From: Eledone cirrhosa
Taxonomy: Eukaryota
Assembly: GCA_964016885.1 (NCBI GenBank)
Contig: OZ024742.1
Span: forward strand, 358,856,001 to 358,920,000
Direction of reading: 5' to 3'
Length of the DNA: 64,000 nucleotides
Positions within the stretch are counted from its first letter, which is position 1, and the number at the start of each line of letters is the position of its first letter. The notes below the pieces were generated by a model. It ran no database searches. It was not told the DNA's origin and worked only from the letters and a program-made list of their open reading frames with translations. This document shows, piece by piece, positions 15,648-29,020 of the stretch. The position numbers and the translations under genes are program-made.

Positions 15648-16130
15648 TAATTGTTTCTACTTTTGGCACAAGGGCATAATTTACCCCAGTGTATTACTGG
15701 TGCTTTAATTTATCTACCCCGTAAGGATGAAAGGCAAAGTTAACCTCGGCGAGATTTGAACTCAGACTGTAAAGGGGCGTAACTCTACGCTGGAAAGCAT
15801 GGCGTCCGACCCTCCACCGATACTGCCAATCCACCGCCCTAATAATTGTTTCTACTTTTGGCACTAGGCCAGCAATTTCCCCAGTACATTACTGGTACTG
15901 TATTTTATCGACCCCGTAAGGATGAAAGGCAAAGTTAACCTCGGCGGGGTTTGAAATCAGACCGTAAAGGGCCATAACTTTATGCTACAAAGCATGGCGT
16001 CCGATCCTCTACCGATTAATAATTGCTTCTAATTTAAGCAAAATCAATTTTATTTTTTGTTAGGGGTGGGGATGGGGTGGGTGTAATCGATAAAATCGAG
16101 CCAATAGATGACTGGTACTTTATTTTATCG
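15648..16130 (-). mobile_element. cluster of three head-to-tail Nin-type SINEs (last one partial)
   Basis: Repeated CCCCGTAAGGATGAAAGGCAAAGTTAACCTCGGC with B- and A-box complements. Confidence 0.85.
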
Positions 16131-16611
16131 CACTGATTGTTGTTTAAATTAACTTCTTCTTCTTCTTCTTCTTCTCCACCACTTCCTCCTCTCATTATTC
16201 TCACCTACCCCACCACCGCTAGTGTCTGCCCATTTCTTTCTACGTTGTAATGAGGTTTCTAATATAGTCTTAATGCCATATACTTCATTGGAAGTTATAA
16301 TCAATTTATATTGATCCTCTTATTTTACCAATACTTATGTTATCGACCCCGAAATAATAAATGTCAAAGTTGACATCGGATAAAACTGAAACTACCTAGC
16401 TGTCATAAGAGCAACAAATATATTTCAATGTTGATGAAGCGATAAAAAATAAACCAAGACTAAGCGACAAAGATATTGATGGATACACATAAAGAGATTA
16501 TAGCTTTTAATGTTATTCTTTACCTAACATAAATAATATTGGGAACATTTGCATTAAACACCGAAAGCCACTCCGTGAAAACAACGATATCGGAGCAGCA
16601 ATCAACGTGTG

Positions 16612-16860
16612 AGGGCGCATGGCTTAGTTGTTAGAGCATTGGGCTTGCAATCGAAATGTTGTGAGTTCAATTCTCGGACCGGCTGATGTGTTGTTTCTTT
16701 GAGCAAGACAGTTTATTTCATGTTGCTCCAGTTTACTCAGATGTAGAAAGGAAATGACAGGATTGGGGTCCCTATCATTAAATCACCCAAGACACCTCTA
16801 ACGAGATATACCTTGGAGGGGGCCAGCTAAACCTGCATAGGTGTGAGTTGTAACAACAAC
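16612..16860 (+). mobile_element. tRNA-derived CORE-type SINE
   Basis: GGCGCATGGCTTAGT.GTTAGAGC A box, GAGTTCAATTC B box, TGTGTTGTTTCTTTGAGCAAGACA core; paralogue at 26467. Confidence 0.8.
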
Positions 16861-16962
16861 AAACAATCAACGTAAGAGATATTCTACCTAAAACACATGT
16901 AATACAGTACACAGTTTACCTTTTATATCACGCTTTATATACTATACTTATATCAAGCTTTA

Positions 16963-17285
16963 TCTATATATAAATTTGAGCAACGTCCGTCACACAATGT
17001 GTGTGTGTGTGTGTGTAAAAAGAAGGAAGTGGATGGGGAAAAACTATAGCAAAGCGGCGTCTAGTGTTCCATTTGCTACGCTGTATGTGAGTGTATCTGT
17101 GAGTTTGTGTAAATGTATGTGAGCGTGTGTATGTGTGAATGTATATGTGAATGCATGTCTGTTAGTATGTATTTTCGTGTCTCTGTGTTTGCACGTTTAT
17201 ATTTATATACTCATACATATAAATGTATGCATATGAACATACACACACATACTCATACGCGTCAGCGTGTTGAATAAAATTCTAG
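16963..17285 (+). mobile_element. possible non-autonomous mini-Helitron
   Basis: A|TC start and CTAG|T end; interrupts a TTTTATATCACACTTT minisatellite; an inverted related 3' part lies at ~18400-18520. Confidence 0.45.
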
Positions 17286-17424
17286 TATATTATATTTTAT
17301 ATCACACTTTATATATCATATTTTATATCACACTTTACATATTAAATGTTATATCACACTTTATATATTATATTTTATATCACACTTTACCTATTATATT
17401 CTATATCAAACTTTATATATTCTT

Positions 17425-18383
17425 CTTGTGACACTAAACTCCGCCAGTTGCACACTGCGCATTAACATGCGGTATCTCTCTCCACAAAGTTAGATCACAA
17501 GCATCAGAGTTCAAAGGGCAAAGATCAAGTTCAGTCCAAAGGTTGACATTATCAAGCCATCGTTTTGGCCGCCGGCCTCTGCTTCTCTTACCAGCCAACC
17601 TTCCTTCCATGCATAACCTACTCATACCACGAGTTGATCTTTTTATATGTCCGTATAGTTTGAGTACTCTTGACTTGACAATTGATGTAATTGGTCTAAG
17701 TCTGGTAATGTTGGGCAGCTCACTGATACAGATAGAGTTACTGAGCCGCTTGCCAGTCATAAGTCTCATGATGTGGTTCTGGAATGTAGAGAGCTTCTGA
17801 AGTGACCATGTCATCCAATTAACAGTCAAGACCATATAACACAACTGGTAAGATGTAAGTATCAAAGATCTTAGCCTCCAAATGATAGGAAACTTGTTGA
17901 AAGCTGCCCAACCTAAAGCGATTCGATATTGCGCATCAACAATTCCATTGTTGTTTGATGATAGTTTGTGACCGAGATATACAAACTCCGTAACTTGAGC
18001 TATTTGCTGATTGTAGATTGTAAGTTGGAGATTGACATTGTTTTATCAGTTGTCATACACTTTGTTTTGGAGATGTTGATGTGTGAGCCAGCCTCCAGCA
18101 AATGTTTGGTCAGTACATTTAAAAAATCTTGCACATCAGTTCTAGAGTAACTCATAATGACCAAATCATCTGCATAGCTAAGATTTGGTAGGATTTTACC
18201 TCCTATTTGATAGCCAGAGGAGCATTCTTCTTCAGTTTGGTAGATAAGTGCAGCTATAACTATACAGAAAAGAAGTGCCGATAGTACATCCCCCTGTTTA
18301 ACTCCCTTCAAGATGTCTATACAACGTGTAGTTCCCAAATCTATTTTGATATATGCTGTAGAGTTGGTGTAAGTTTCTTTCAA
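17425..18383 (-). mobile_element. 5'-truncated RTE-clade LINE (RT C-terminal half, frameshifted)
   Basis: KGVKQGDVLSALLF, LSYADDLV, LKLYGHIKR, GKRSRGRRPKRWLDNV. Confidence 0.9.
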
Positions 18384-18521
18384 TAGGTTGAATATATATT
18401 ACTAGAATGTTTTTCCGGGCGCCGACTCGTATGTATGTGTGCGTGTGTGTATGTGCATATGCGTACATTTATATCATGAGTATATGAATATAAATGCACA
18501 AACACAGACACACTAACAACT

Positions 18522-18522
<1 letters not shown>

Positions 18523-18589
<67 letters not shown>

Positions 18590-18610
18590 GCTGCTGTTGC
18601 TGCTGCTACT
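18523..18610 (+). repeat. (ACT)n/(GCT)n microsatellite
   Basis: Near-pure trinucleotide run without the codon variation of the mucin exon. Confidence 0.95.
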
Positions 18611-18647
18611 CCCAAGAACGCCACCACACCTACCCTGCATAATGAAA

Positions 18648-19068
18648 ATGGTTTCTGATTTTGGCACAAGGACATCCACTTCAGGGGACAAAGTCGACCC
18701 CAGTACTTACTGGTACTTTATTTATCGACCTCTCCGTAAGGATAAAAGGCAAAGCTAATCTCGGCGGGATTTGAACTCAGAACGTAAAGGGCCATAACTG
18801 TATGCTGCAAATCATATTGTCCGACGTTCTACCGATACTGCCAATAATAATAATAATGGTTTCTGATTTTGGCACAAGGCCGACAATTTTGGGGAGGAGA
18901 GGAAAGTCGATCAAATCAACCGTTACTGGTACTTTATTTACTCCACGCCGTAAGGATGAAAGGCAAAGCTGACCTCGGCGAGATTTGAACTCAAATTGTG
19001 AAGGCTGTAACTAAATGCCGCAAAGGTTTTCATCCTTCGCTCTATCGATTCTGCCTATCTACCGTCTC
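18648..19068 (-). mobile_element. two tandem Nin-type SINEs
   Basis: Core and A/B-box complements occur twice. Confidence 0.85.
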
Positions 19069-19270
19069 TATAATAGTGCAAACATTACGTCAGCTTTGTA
19101 AGGTGTGCCATCAATATGTAGATAAACAGACTTTACAACAGTCGATAGAACATTTAATGCCTTAGAACATCTGTACATGTAAATAGAACATAAAATCCAG
19201 TCTCGGGAATCTACACGAGTTACAACTTTGATTTTGATCTTTTTATATATTATCTCTCTCTATATATATG

Positions 19271-19335
<65 letters not shown>

Positions 19336-19359
19336 TTGTATGTCTGTTTGTCTGTCTAT

Positions 19360-19391
<32 letters not shown>

Positions 19392-19527
19392 TTATATATA
19401 TGCCCCCTCTACGTACTTATGTAAATCTCTCACTCTGTCTCTCCATCGTTGTCTCTTGCTCTTTCTTTCTCCCCCCTCTCTCTCTCAGTATATATATATA
19501 TATATACTGAGAGAGAGAGAGAGAGAT

Positions 19528-19572
<45 letters not shown>

Positions 19573-20161
19573 TCCTGTGCATTGTCAAGACAAACTTTCA
19601 GAATCTTCGTTTCATTTTGATGCCTTCTAGAAGAAAAAAATAAGAAAGAAAAAAACTTTAAGCATTCTTTTAGCTTAGAAATATTTTGTCAGTAAGCAGG
19701 CAAGTGGCATCTAAAGACTTTGACCTCATATCAGAATTGGACAGCATTTAAAACATTTACCTTTCTTGTTTCTGTCATTATATCAAACTCCTCCTCTAAG
19801 CGTCTGTCTTTTATGCTTCTACACTTTACCGACCCACTTTCGTTTGCTTTAGTACTCCTTTCATCCTGTGGTTAACTTGACGATCAATGAGGTGAGATCA
19901 ACCAAGATAACCTTTAACATAATATCGGAAATATCTCTATATCTTTTATTTTTATTTCCATAATATCATTTTCTTAATTTTCTTATTGTTATTCTTGTTA
20001 AGGTGGTCGAGGTGAAACTGGAGGCAGTAAGAATATTTAGCAGCAATATTTACTGTAGATGTCTTTAGATATTCCTACAGAGATGAGCTATTGCTAAAAT
20101 GGTTTAGCTTTTCAGGTGTCTTATTTCAATTTGACTCTCAATACATATACATATATATCAC

Positions 20162-20210
<49 letters not shown>

Positions 20211-20224
20211 TACACACACACACG

Positions 20225-20262
<38 letters not shown>

Positions 20263-20265
20263 CAA

Positions 20266-20315
20266 TGTCTTGTCTGATGACCCTGTAGTAAACAGGCGAA
20301 ACGAGTAACAAGACA
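20266..20315 (+). ncRNA. type-I hammerhead ribozyme motif
   Basis: tgtcttgt-CTGATGA-c cctgt agtaa acagg c-GAAA-CGAG-TA-acaagaca; perfect 8-bp stem I, GUA cleavage triplet, AATAAA just downstream, (TA)n flanks. Confidence 0.85.
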
Positions 20316-20415
20316 CACTATTTAGCCTTAATAAAATCGATATTAAAACTCCACTTCGGTATTGAATACACTTTTCTCTCAGCCGTCAATCAATTACGGA
20401 TATATATATATATAT

Positions 20416-20660
20416 AAGTTTATCCCGGGTTCAAACGGGGGTAACCAGAGTAAGTAAGGTACTCAATACAAAGCAGAGGATAAATATTTAATATAGAAAA
20501 GCTTTTACAGGACGAGAACTGTTTCATTCGTGAGAAATTATCAGGAAGCTGACTGTCCAAGTAATATCCAAGTAATATTACTTGGACAGTTAGCTTCCTG
20601 ATGATTTCTCACGAATGAAACAGTTTTAGTCCTGTAGAAGCTTTTCTATATTAAATATAT
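20416..20660. mobile_element. fold-back PLE-end relic
   Basis: Arms meet at TCCAAGTAATATTACTTGGA; related ends at ~23080-23195 and ~38238-38315. Confidence 0.75.
20592..20642 (+). ncRNA. type-I hammerhead motif
   Basis: agcttc-CTGATGA-t ttc tcac gaa t-GAAA-CAG...CTG-TA-gaagct. Confidence 0.75.
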
Positions 20661-20671
20661 ATATATATATA

Positions 20672-20695
20672 TCTTCTATATATATAAAAGCGAGG

Positions 20696-20777
<82 letters not shown>

Positions 20778-21275
20778 ACAACTTTGGACAGCTAAGGCTT
20801 TTACAACTCCCAACCGAATTTGACCAAATTTTCTGTGCACGTTGCACCCGTCGCTAATATGATCACATCACAAACATTTTTCAAATCGACCCACGTTGAG
20901 CAATAAAACATCGATAGCAAAATCATTTTTTTCTTTCGCTGAACCCAATTTCCCCTTGGTGTTGCCTTTGCGATGTCCATAAACAAGTCGCAAGGTCAAA
21001 CTCTGTCCGTCGCTGGAATTGCCTGTTTTTTTTACAGATTTGCAGCGTGTATCATCTTTAATCATTTGTATAACTACATCCTGTTCAGTGTTTTCCTTCA
21101 TTATCAGCATAGTTTTATGTGTACAAAGATTACACTAAATATTCGTTTGCATTAATTATTGAAGACTTCTGCTTATTTTGACAGGTTGGGGACAAATCAT
21201 TTTTTTCTTTTACTTCCTAGCTGTATATTCTTAGCCTAATTTCAAACCCCGGGCAACGCCGGGTAAATCTGCTAG
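20672..21275 (+). mobile_element. non-autonomous Helitron with Pif1-helicase remnant
   Basis: A|TC...CCCGGGCAACGCCGGG hairpin...CTAG|T; internal AFAMSINKSQGQTLSVAG motif. Confidence 0.85.
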
Positions 21276-21293
21276 TATATATATATATATATA

Positions 21294-22536
21294 CAGGGTG
21301 CGGACGGAACATGAGGACAGATTTATGGCTAAAAAAAAACGCTTATATAATAACAGAAAAAAGCTGTATTCTTATAAATATAACATAACATAAAGCGAAA
21401 TTATCAATTTAATAATTTCATTAAATAAAAAGACCATAAGCATCAATAACTGCCTCTACGCTTGGTTGATAACGTTTACAAGCTCGGATTAAGTGGTCCT
21501 TGCTCATATCGGACAGACTCGAACTATTGCGGCTTCCAAATAATCTTTGGTGCTATGGGGGTGTTCATTGACATTTTTCTCAACAATACTCCATACATAG
21601 TAGTCCAGTGGATTGAGATTTGGAGAATTAGGAGGCCAAATTTTGGGCGTGATGTGCTAATGCAATTTTAGGCCATCCATTCTTGTGTCATTTGAGCCTT
21701 TGTGATGGTGCAGAATCTTGTTGAAAGACATAAGGCCTTCCATTGCATACACTGTTGATCCAAGACTTAACAACTTTATCCAGAACCTCAATATACGCAG
21801 CAGCATTCACCCTAAGGCCTTGTGGTAAAAAGTGAGGAGGCTCACATGTCCTTCATTGCTAACAACACCCAAAACCATGACTCTTGCAGGAAATTGTGTA
21901 TGCATTACACTTGGAACCTCAGAAGGGTCTGCACATAGCCACCTGTAAATTCTTCTGTTAGTTTTCTCATCTGAGAAAAACCAAATCACACCATCTTCTG
22001 ATGGATTTTTAAGTTTGTTCAAAAGTCTTTTGGATCTGATTCAACGGTGTTCTTTTGTTTTTTGTGACATGAATTGACCTCTCTTCATCACGTAAAATTT
22101 ATATCTGATGTCTTCATGCACAACATTTCTGATTGTTTTTTCTGACACACCAACATTTTTTGCAGTTGACCTCATTGATTTTCCTGGATTTTCATCAATG
22201 TTTTGCTAAACTTGCTAAATAAATGCAGGTGTCTTGATAGAATCAGAGCACTTGGAATGTTTTTTACGTTTTGATACAGGTAATACGCTTCCATCTTATT
22301 TCTCTAACTCACAGCGTGGACAAAGATCTTGTGGACAAAAGATCTTGCAACTTTCAGAAAATGAGAAAATGGGAAATGTCTAAATCACCTTCAAATCCAC
22401 AACCACAGCATGCCTTTTCATTTCATTAGTAAGCAGATTTATTTTCATAGTTATTTTCTGAAATAAAAGTTGTATAAAAATTAGTCAAATAAAATAATTA
22501 CAAAAAATGCATGTGTCCTCAAATACCGTCCGCAAC

Positions 22537-22539
<3 letters not shown>
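21294..22539 (-). mobile_element. degraded Tc1/mariner transposon (maT-like by motif)
   Basis: TIRs CAGGGTGCGGACGG / CCGTCCGCAACCTG with TA flanks; FFSDEK, VMVLGVVSNEG and QQDSAPS transposase motifs broken by stops and frameshifts. Confidence 0.85.
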
Positions 22540-22590
<51 letters not shown>

Positions 22591-23097
22591 CTTTGTTAAC
22601 ACTTTGAATTTACCCGCCAAAAACCCGGGGTTGCTTCCCTAGTTGGAAATAACACGTGACAACGAAATGTTTGAAGGCTGTCTATTGTGGCGATCGCATT
22701 TAGTTTGTTCACACCAGTTTGAGGCAAAAGAACGGAATATCTGTTGATGAAATGAATCCCCTGTAATGAATACCACAAGCTTACGTGTTACGTAAGTTGG
22801 ATTGATGATTTCAGATTCATAGAAACATATCGGACGTATTGCAGAATATCGTCCGATCTGTCCAGGTCTGTTTTAACTTGATTAGTTCTTTCGTTGTTTT
22901 GGTACTGTATGGTTGGGTTTTGTCTACCATAATTTAAAAGTATGTTATTACTTTAAGGACCTACCCTTATTGAGTGCTTTGCTACTCATTCCTTAGTGTA
23001 GGTCGACTTTGCTTGGCCACAGCCAATGCTTCGATGTTACTAAGCTTCTACTTGTATATATATATATATATATATATATAGTTTTAATATAGATGAG

Positions 23098-23144
23098 ATT
23101 CTACAGGACTAGAACTGTTTCATTCATTAGAAATCATCAGGAAT
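23098..23144 (-). ncRNA. type-I hammerhead motif, family of 20592
   Basis: Reverse complement: attc-CTGATGA-t ttc taat gaa t-GAAA-CAG...CTG-TA-gaat; stem I covaries with the 20592 copy. Confidence 0.75.
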
Positions 23145-23193
23145 ATTGAGTACCTTACTTACTGTGGTTACCTCCGATTCAACCCGGAATAAC

Positions 23194-23248
<55 letters not shown>

Positions 23249-23667
23249 TACATATATCCTCCTAAGGTTATCGTTGCCAGGTCGGAAGGTCTGCGAATAT
23301 AATCTCTAATAAAATGCCCCAAATGGATTTCGACTCATATAACTTCTGATAAACAAAGTTCAGCTTCTGGCCATCCCATAACTGAAGTGATTAGATCTGA
23401 CAAGAAGAAGGATCAACGACGAGTTAGTGCTTCTTCAAAACCAGTTCTCAGTAGATAGAACTGCTTAGTTCTGAATGGCAGTCTAAGTGTCAATCTGGTT
23501 TCAAAACCAGGAGAGATGGGACTCCTTAACGACAACCTTTCTATGCACACGATCTCGGAAAACCAATAGACACAATGGGAATGAAACTCTCTAGTTTTTA
23601 TTACTCTATGTCTCTTAGAGAGAGAACCTCTATATTGAAACATGCGGTTTACTGGCCATTTTTATCA

Positions 23668-23830
23668 GGGGCGTAGTTTAGTGGTAAGGGTGTTAGACTT
23701 ACGATCATCATATCGCAGGTTCAAATTCTTGATGGGTTGTGTGTTGTGTTCTTGAGCAATACACTTCATTCCACGTAGTTCCAGTATATTCCCTTGAAAT
23801 TGCTGGCCTCGTGCCCAATGTAGAAATAAT
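23668..23830 (+). mobile_element. degenerate CORE-type SINE
   Basis: A/B boxes and TGTGTTGTGTTCTTGAGCAATACACTT. Confidence 0.6.
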
Positions 23831-24824
23831 TACTATATCTCTATTGCATTGATTAATGAATGCAAAACCTGTCTTTATTGTAGATTATTAAAGACACAAA
23901 CGTGATTTATGTAGATAAGTTTCGAATTTTATATTTTTCTCTGTACATTATGGTATTTAAATATAGCCACCGGTTTATCCAAAACAGTTGTGTAGTGGCG
24001 TGTTGTGGTTGTGTGTTTGGAAGCCAATGGGAAGGATTGTATTTGTAATTCAAATGTCGTATCTTGTCACATACTATGTCGTGCCGATTCCTCGTGAGGA
24101 TCACATTTAGGGAAAATGTCAGAGGAATACTGAAAGATATTCATTCGAATTCAATGAATATGTAGTTCAATTGATAGACATATTGAATAATAGTTGAAAC
24201 TGGTGGAGATCCATTACAGAATAATATTTACAACAATGGTGTGTTTAATTAGAAATTATGTTATTCCCAGTCAAACTTGCGTGTAGTTAGTGAAATCAGA
24301 TAAGATGACTGGTGAACGCCAGTACGAATGGCGAATATCATTTTATCTGACTTTATAATAACTCTGTCAATTCCAAACCTTTAGATAATGTTGCTAATAC
24401 TAAATTCTTTCGCACTAACAGAAGAAGAATTCATAAGAAATGTTACCTGGTCGTTTTCTTTCTATAATAATCTTCGCTTTGCCATGTTTTGGAATCTGTT
24501 TGTGGAGTTTGGGGAATATAACCATGCATGTTGTGAGTTCATTTATACTTCCTTTAAACGAAGAACAATTCGCCTCCATTATATGTGGTGGAGAATATAA
24601 TGCACGAGATGACATGATTCAGAACCTGGTTGAAATTAATTTTCTGCCAATATGATTACATAATAAAAGCAATTTACGTCTTTGTAAGGGTAGAAAAAAC
24701 AATTACATACCAAAAAATTATTGATTTTTTTTCAATATTTTTACTGTGTCAATTAAAAATTGAAGGCAACGTTAATCTATTATGAAGGATCTTGAAGAAT
24801 TCTTTGTGTATCAATAACTCCATG

Positions 24825-24935
24825 GTCTGAGTTCAAATCCCGCCACGGTTAACTTTGCCTTTCATCCGTACGGGGTCGATAAAATAAAACTACCAGTAAT
24901 GTACTGGGTAATGCTGGCCTTGTGCCAAAATTATT
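24825..24935 (+). mobile_element. 5'-truncated Nin-type SINE
   Basis: B box, core and tail. Confidence 0.8.
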
Positions 24936-25811
24936 AAAGAGTCAAAAGGAGAAATTGCCCCGGGTCACCTGTAGTGGGAGACTCCACCAGCGACTGCCGT
25001 AGCAATTTATGTGCCCTCAGCTGGGCTTTTAGTTTTAGGATGGTTAGAATTTTTGAATTTAATACCTGTATGTATAACTTTTCAGTTTCAATTACTTCCA
25101 CCAAGGTTACTTTCATATGTAAAATTGGGAGGTTAACTGTGTATTCAAATTTGTTTGTGTGTGAGTCTTCTAACCCCCCCCCCCCCCCCCCCCCGTCTTT
25201 ATCCAACCCTTCATGACAGGCCATTTAAATTAGAGGTCCGATCCATCTGTAGCGCTCTAATGCTATGTCAGTCCACGCATATTTTGAGCGAGCTTCCCGA
25301 TGCTATGGTAAAATCCTCAGTGAGGTCGAATACCAACCCTCATAATTATGATCAAACCTACAAGCCACTGAGTCACTCTGTTAATATAAAAGAAAGTACA
25401 ACCATGAAAGTTTATAAAATGATTACATATGCCAGAACTCTCAATTTCTCCCACCCTCACATAACTACACAACAGAGGATGTTGTATTATGACCAGAAAA
25501 TACTTGATAGGTTGCTTCTTTAAAATTTGATGTAAAAATATATATAGGAATACTCATAAAACGTGGGATATTACTGCAGCTTCCAAGACAATATAGAGTA
25601 AATAGAACACCGAAAGCTGGGTCATTCAGCTCATTGGAATACGTATAGTCACTTACTACAACGATGCAACCATTGACATCGTGCTAAGAACGCTATCTCT
25701 CTTCTCTAATCCAGACAAACAAACGAACAGAATGTACATGCAGTAATCTAATATATATTGATTGGATGACTGCGGGAATGTGCCAGGGATATTTTTCTGA
25801 AGACGTTATCA

Positions 25812-26338
25812 AAATAAGTTGGATTACTTTGAATAAATCATGAATGAATATTATGTAATATATCTACTAAATTTTGTAGCAGTTGATTATACATAAATAT
25901 CGTTATATATATAATGTATTTTAAGATTCACTTCTTTAAAATTTTCAAATGTCTACACTTCCGGTTAGCACCCGTTATATCTTGACACTTAGTTGTAAAC
26001 TATCTCACATCGCTTATATAAACGTCCATATACATATAAACGTTCATGTACTTGCATCGTTATATAAGGTTTATACTTCCGACGCTAATTTTCTCCTTTT
26101 TCATTTTCATTATATTTCAACGTAATGCAGTTTATTATAATATTGTCTTTTTAAAATGTATCATGGATTACTTTACTGATTACAGAAGACAGTGTAACAG
26201 TCTCTCTTCAATTTCTGTGCATATTGTCAATTACGACTTGCTGTAACATATCTACATGTATATATATCTGCGTATATTATGAATACACACACTACACATG
26301 CTAGCAGAAAACCACCCGAGGGTGGTTTTTCTGCTAGT
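25812..26338. repeat. diverged duplicate of ~44201-44618, ending in a CTAG-bounded palindrome
   Basis: Shared AATAAGTTGGATTACTTTGAATAAAT, ATGTATCATGGATTACTTTACTGATTACA and CTACACATGCTAGCAGAAAACCACCCGAGG. Confidence 0.75.
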
Positions 26339-26466
26339 AACATTAATGTTGTGTGTATATGGTTATCTACCTATTTATCGTAAATTGACTAAGATATACA
26401 CTGACCTTTGTCTCAGTCATTTCTCTAGCTGTTAAAAAGGCTTATGTTATCCTAAACTTGCATGTG

Positions 26467-26710
26467 AAGGCGCATGGCTTAGTGGTTAGAGCATTGGGCT
26501 TGCAATCGAAAGGTTGTGAGTTCAATTCTCGGACCGAGTGATGTGTTGTTTCCTTGAGCAAGACACTTTATTTCACGTTGCTCCAGTTTACTCAGCTGTA
26601 GAAATGAGATGATAGGACTGGGGTCCTTATCATTAAATCACCCAAGACACCTCCAACGAGATATACCTTGGTGGAGGCAGCTAAACCTGCATAGGTGTGA
26701 GATGTCACAC
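26467..26710 (+). mobile_element. CORE-type SINE
   Basis: Near-identical to 16612-16860. Confidence 0.85.
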
Positions 26711-27179
26711 ATACACACACACACATAAGGTCACAGGTTCAATTTCACAGATGTCATTTTGGTCAAGTATCATATAATATCATAATCATAAGATTACATT
26801 GGACAGACGGGAACTATTTGGAAGTCCATGGAACGGACTGTAAATGTAGTTCAGCGTGGTACAGTATATGACAAGGGCCAGCTTTGTCATATACAGTTCC
26901 ACGCTGAATCTTCCTGAGAATTGCGTTACGGGTAAACGTGTCCCTGAAATACTCAGCCATGTACATGTTATTTTTACGAACATGTTTAATCCTTTAATCA
27001 AAATGGAGGAGTTGATGTCAAATATTTAATGAAATAATTTAAACTTTAACTCTACAAAATACTTCAGTAATGGTGGTATAATCACTGCCCATGTCTCTCT
27101 CACTCTCCCCATCTCTCATTATTATATGCAAATGACGGTCCACGCATTGATGGCTCCACTGCCCGGCAGATAAAGTAAT

Positions 27180-27325
27180 CTTCTTCTTCTTCTTCTTCTT
27201 CTTCTTCTTCTTCTTCTTCTTCATCTTCTTCTTCTTCTTCTTCTTCTTCTTCTTCTTCTTCTTCTTCTTCTTCTTCTTTCTCTTCTTCTTCTTCTTCTTC
27301 TTTTTCTTTTTCTTTTTCTTCTTCC
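27180..27325 (+). repeat. (CTT)n microsatellite next to a minus-strand LINE 3' fragment (~27330-27560)
   Basis: Direct reading; the adjacent reverse complement encodes a GKTNGRRPR...WLDNI-like RTE C-terminus. Confidence 0.75.
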
Positions 27326-28541
27326 AATTATTCCTGAGAAGCTCGTGGGGACAGAGTCTTCAAGCACTCAAGTGGGTCCTGTCAGTAGCAACCTTCTCTT
27401 ATTAATCCTGCTAGATCCTCAAACAAGACCAGCCAAGCTCATGGATGTTATCCAACCATCTTGCTCGGAGTCTACCCTGGGTCTCCTGCCGTTGGTTTTA
27501 CCCATAAAATCTGTCCACCAATCCTTTCCTGAGACATTCTAACTACATGCCCGTAGTATCTGAAAAATAGCAGATCAGGATAATCTGACATCTGAAACAG
27601 TCATCCTCGAAACCGACGGAGATCCATTCCAATCCATGTCAATTAGATAACTGGCTCCGGCAAGTACATGTTTTTATTGATATCTCAAACATCATAGATA
27701 GGTTCTGTATCCGTTTGGAGTTTTATATCGACGTTCCACCGATAATTGAACTATCGGTGTAAACGTGTTCAACTTTATAGGTTGGTGGTAGAATGTTATT
27801 TCCTTTTTATTCTCGATATCAAAAATTATGATTGATGGAGAATTATCATCTCGAGTAGATCATCTTGTTGCTGGCAATGATGTGATTAATATCTCCAGTT
27901 TTGCTTTTGTCTAGTCAACATTTATGATTTGATTCCTTTGTCATTTGTGTAAAAGTAAGTTGGTTGGGGAATTATTCCTCCGTTTTGCATTGTGTTACAT
28001 TTGACGGCAAATTATTTTAATTGTTTCGTCACTTCACGAAGTTTTCTATTTTGTTTATATCTATGGTGATTTTATGCAGAAGCCTCTCTTGGAAAATTTC
28101 TCGTGTCGTTATTAGATTTAATTTAGACTGTGTTGGTTAGATGTTCGCTTCGTCACCGTGTGGTTTCAGGTCCAATCCTACTGCAAGGCATCTCGAGCAT
28201 ATGATGTCTGTTATAACCTCTGTTTAACTAACATGTGTAAGTGAATGTCGCTAGACGGAAACTGATCTGAGGTGTGTCATATTTTTTTCCAGCGTCAACG
28301 CGGTGCACTCTGTGACTAATCCAGTCCCTGCTGCACTTCGCGGTTTTACTACTTCAAAAGTTAGTTGCAGACTGGAACTAGCTGTTGAAACAGCAAGAGC
28401 TCAGCCGTTGGGTCACAACATTTTATAATATAACCATAATCTACTAACCCATGTATCGAATACTCTGTTGAGTATTGGTTTAACCAGTTTCAAACTGAAT
28501 CGATCCTGATTTATATATATATATATATATATATATACTGT

Positions 28542-28600
<59 letters not shown>

Positions 28601-28607
<7 letters not shown>

Positions 28608-28942
28608 AAAAAGCGATGAAATCGAAAATGCAACTGGAGTCTTATTTTTTTTTTAAATATATATATTTATTTGGTTCCTTTACCGGTTTCGCAGTTCTTC
28701 TGCTTTTCAAAAGGTGAGTTGAGATGGAGGGTCTGTGGTTTTTGAAAAACCACAGACCCTCCATCTCAACTCACCCTTTGAAAAGCAGAAGAACTGCGAA
28801 ACCGGTAAAGGAACCAAATAAATATATATATTTAAAAAAAAAATAAGACTCCAGTTGCATTTTCGATTTCATCGCTTTTTCTTTATACTTTCACTCGTGT
28901 AGGACACCTCGGTTATTTTTCATTTTGTAAAAAAAACCTCAC

Positions 28943-28950
<8 letters not shown>
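28601..28950. mobile_element. fold-back PLE-end relic; diverged sibling at ~33438-33795
   Basis: Arms 28601-28743 and 28745-28887 are near-perfect complements; (TA)n flanks. Confidence 0.85.
28677..28714 (-). ncRNA. hammerhead motif, U3-A8 core variant (mirror copy + 28774-28811)
   Basis: Reverse complement: cctt-TTGAAAA-gcag aagaa ctgc-GAAA-CCGG-TA-aagg. Confidence 0.7.

Positions 28951-29017
<67 letters not shown>

Positions 29018-29020
<3 letters not shown>

Noticed and set aside
24060-24660. Mab-21/cGAS-like fragment (EWRISF, YYVVP) and short ORFs
   Set aside because: Motifs are short, not in a consistent arrangement and interrupted by stops; tblastn or an HMM search would be needed.
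27039-27327. Poly-Glu and poly-Lys ORFs
   Set aside because: Translations of a (CTT)n microsatellite.
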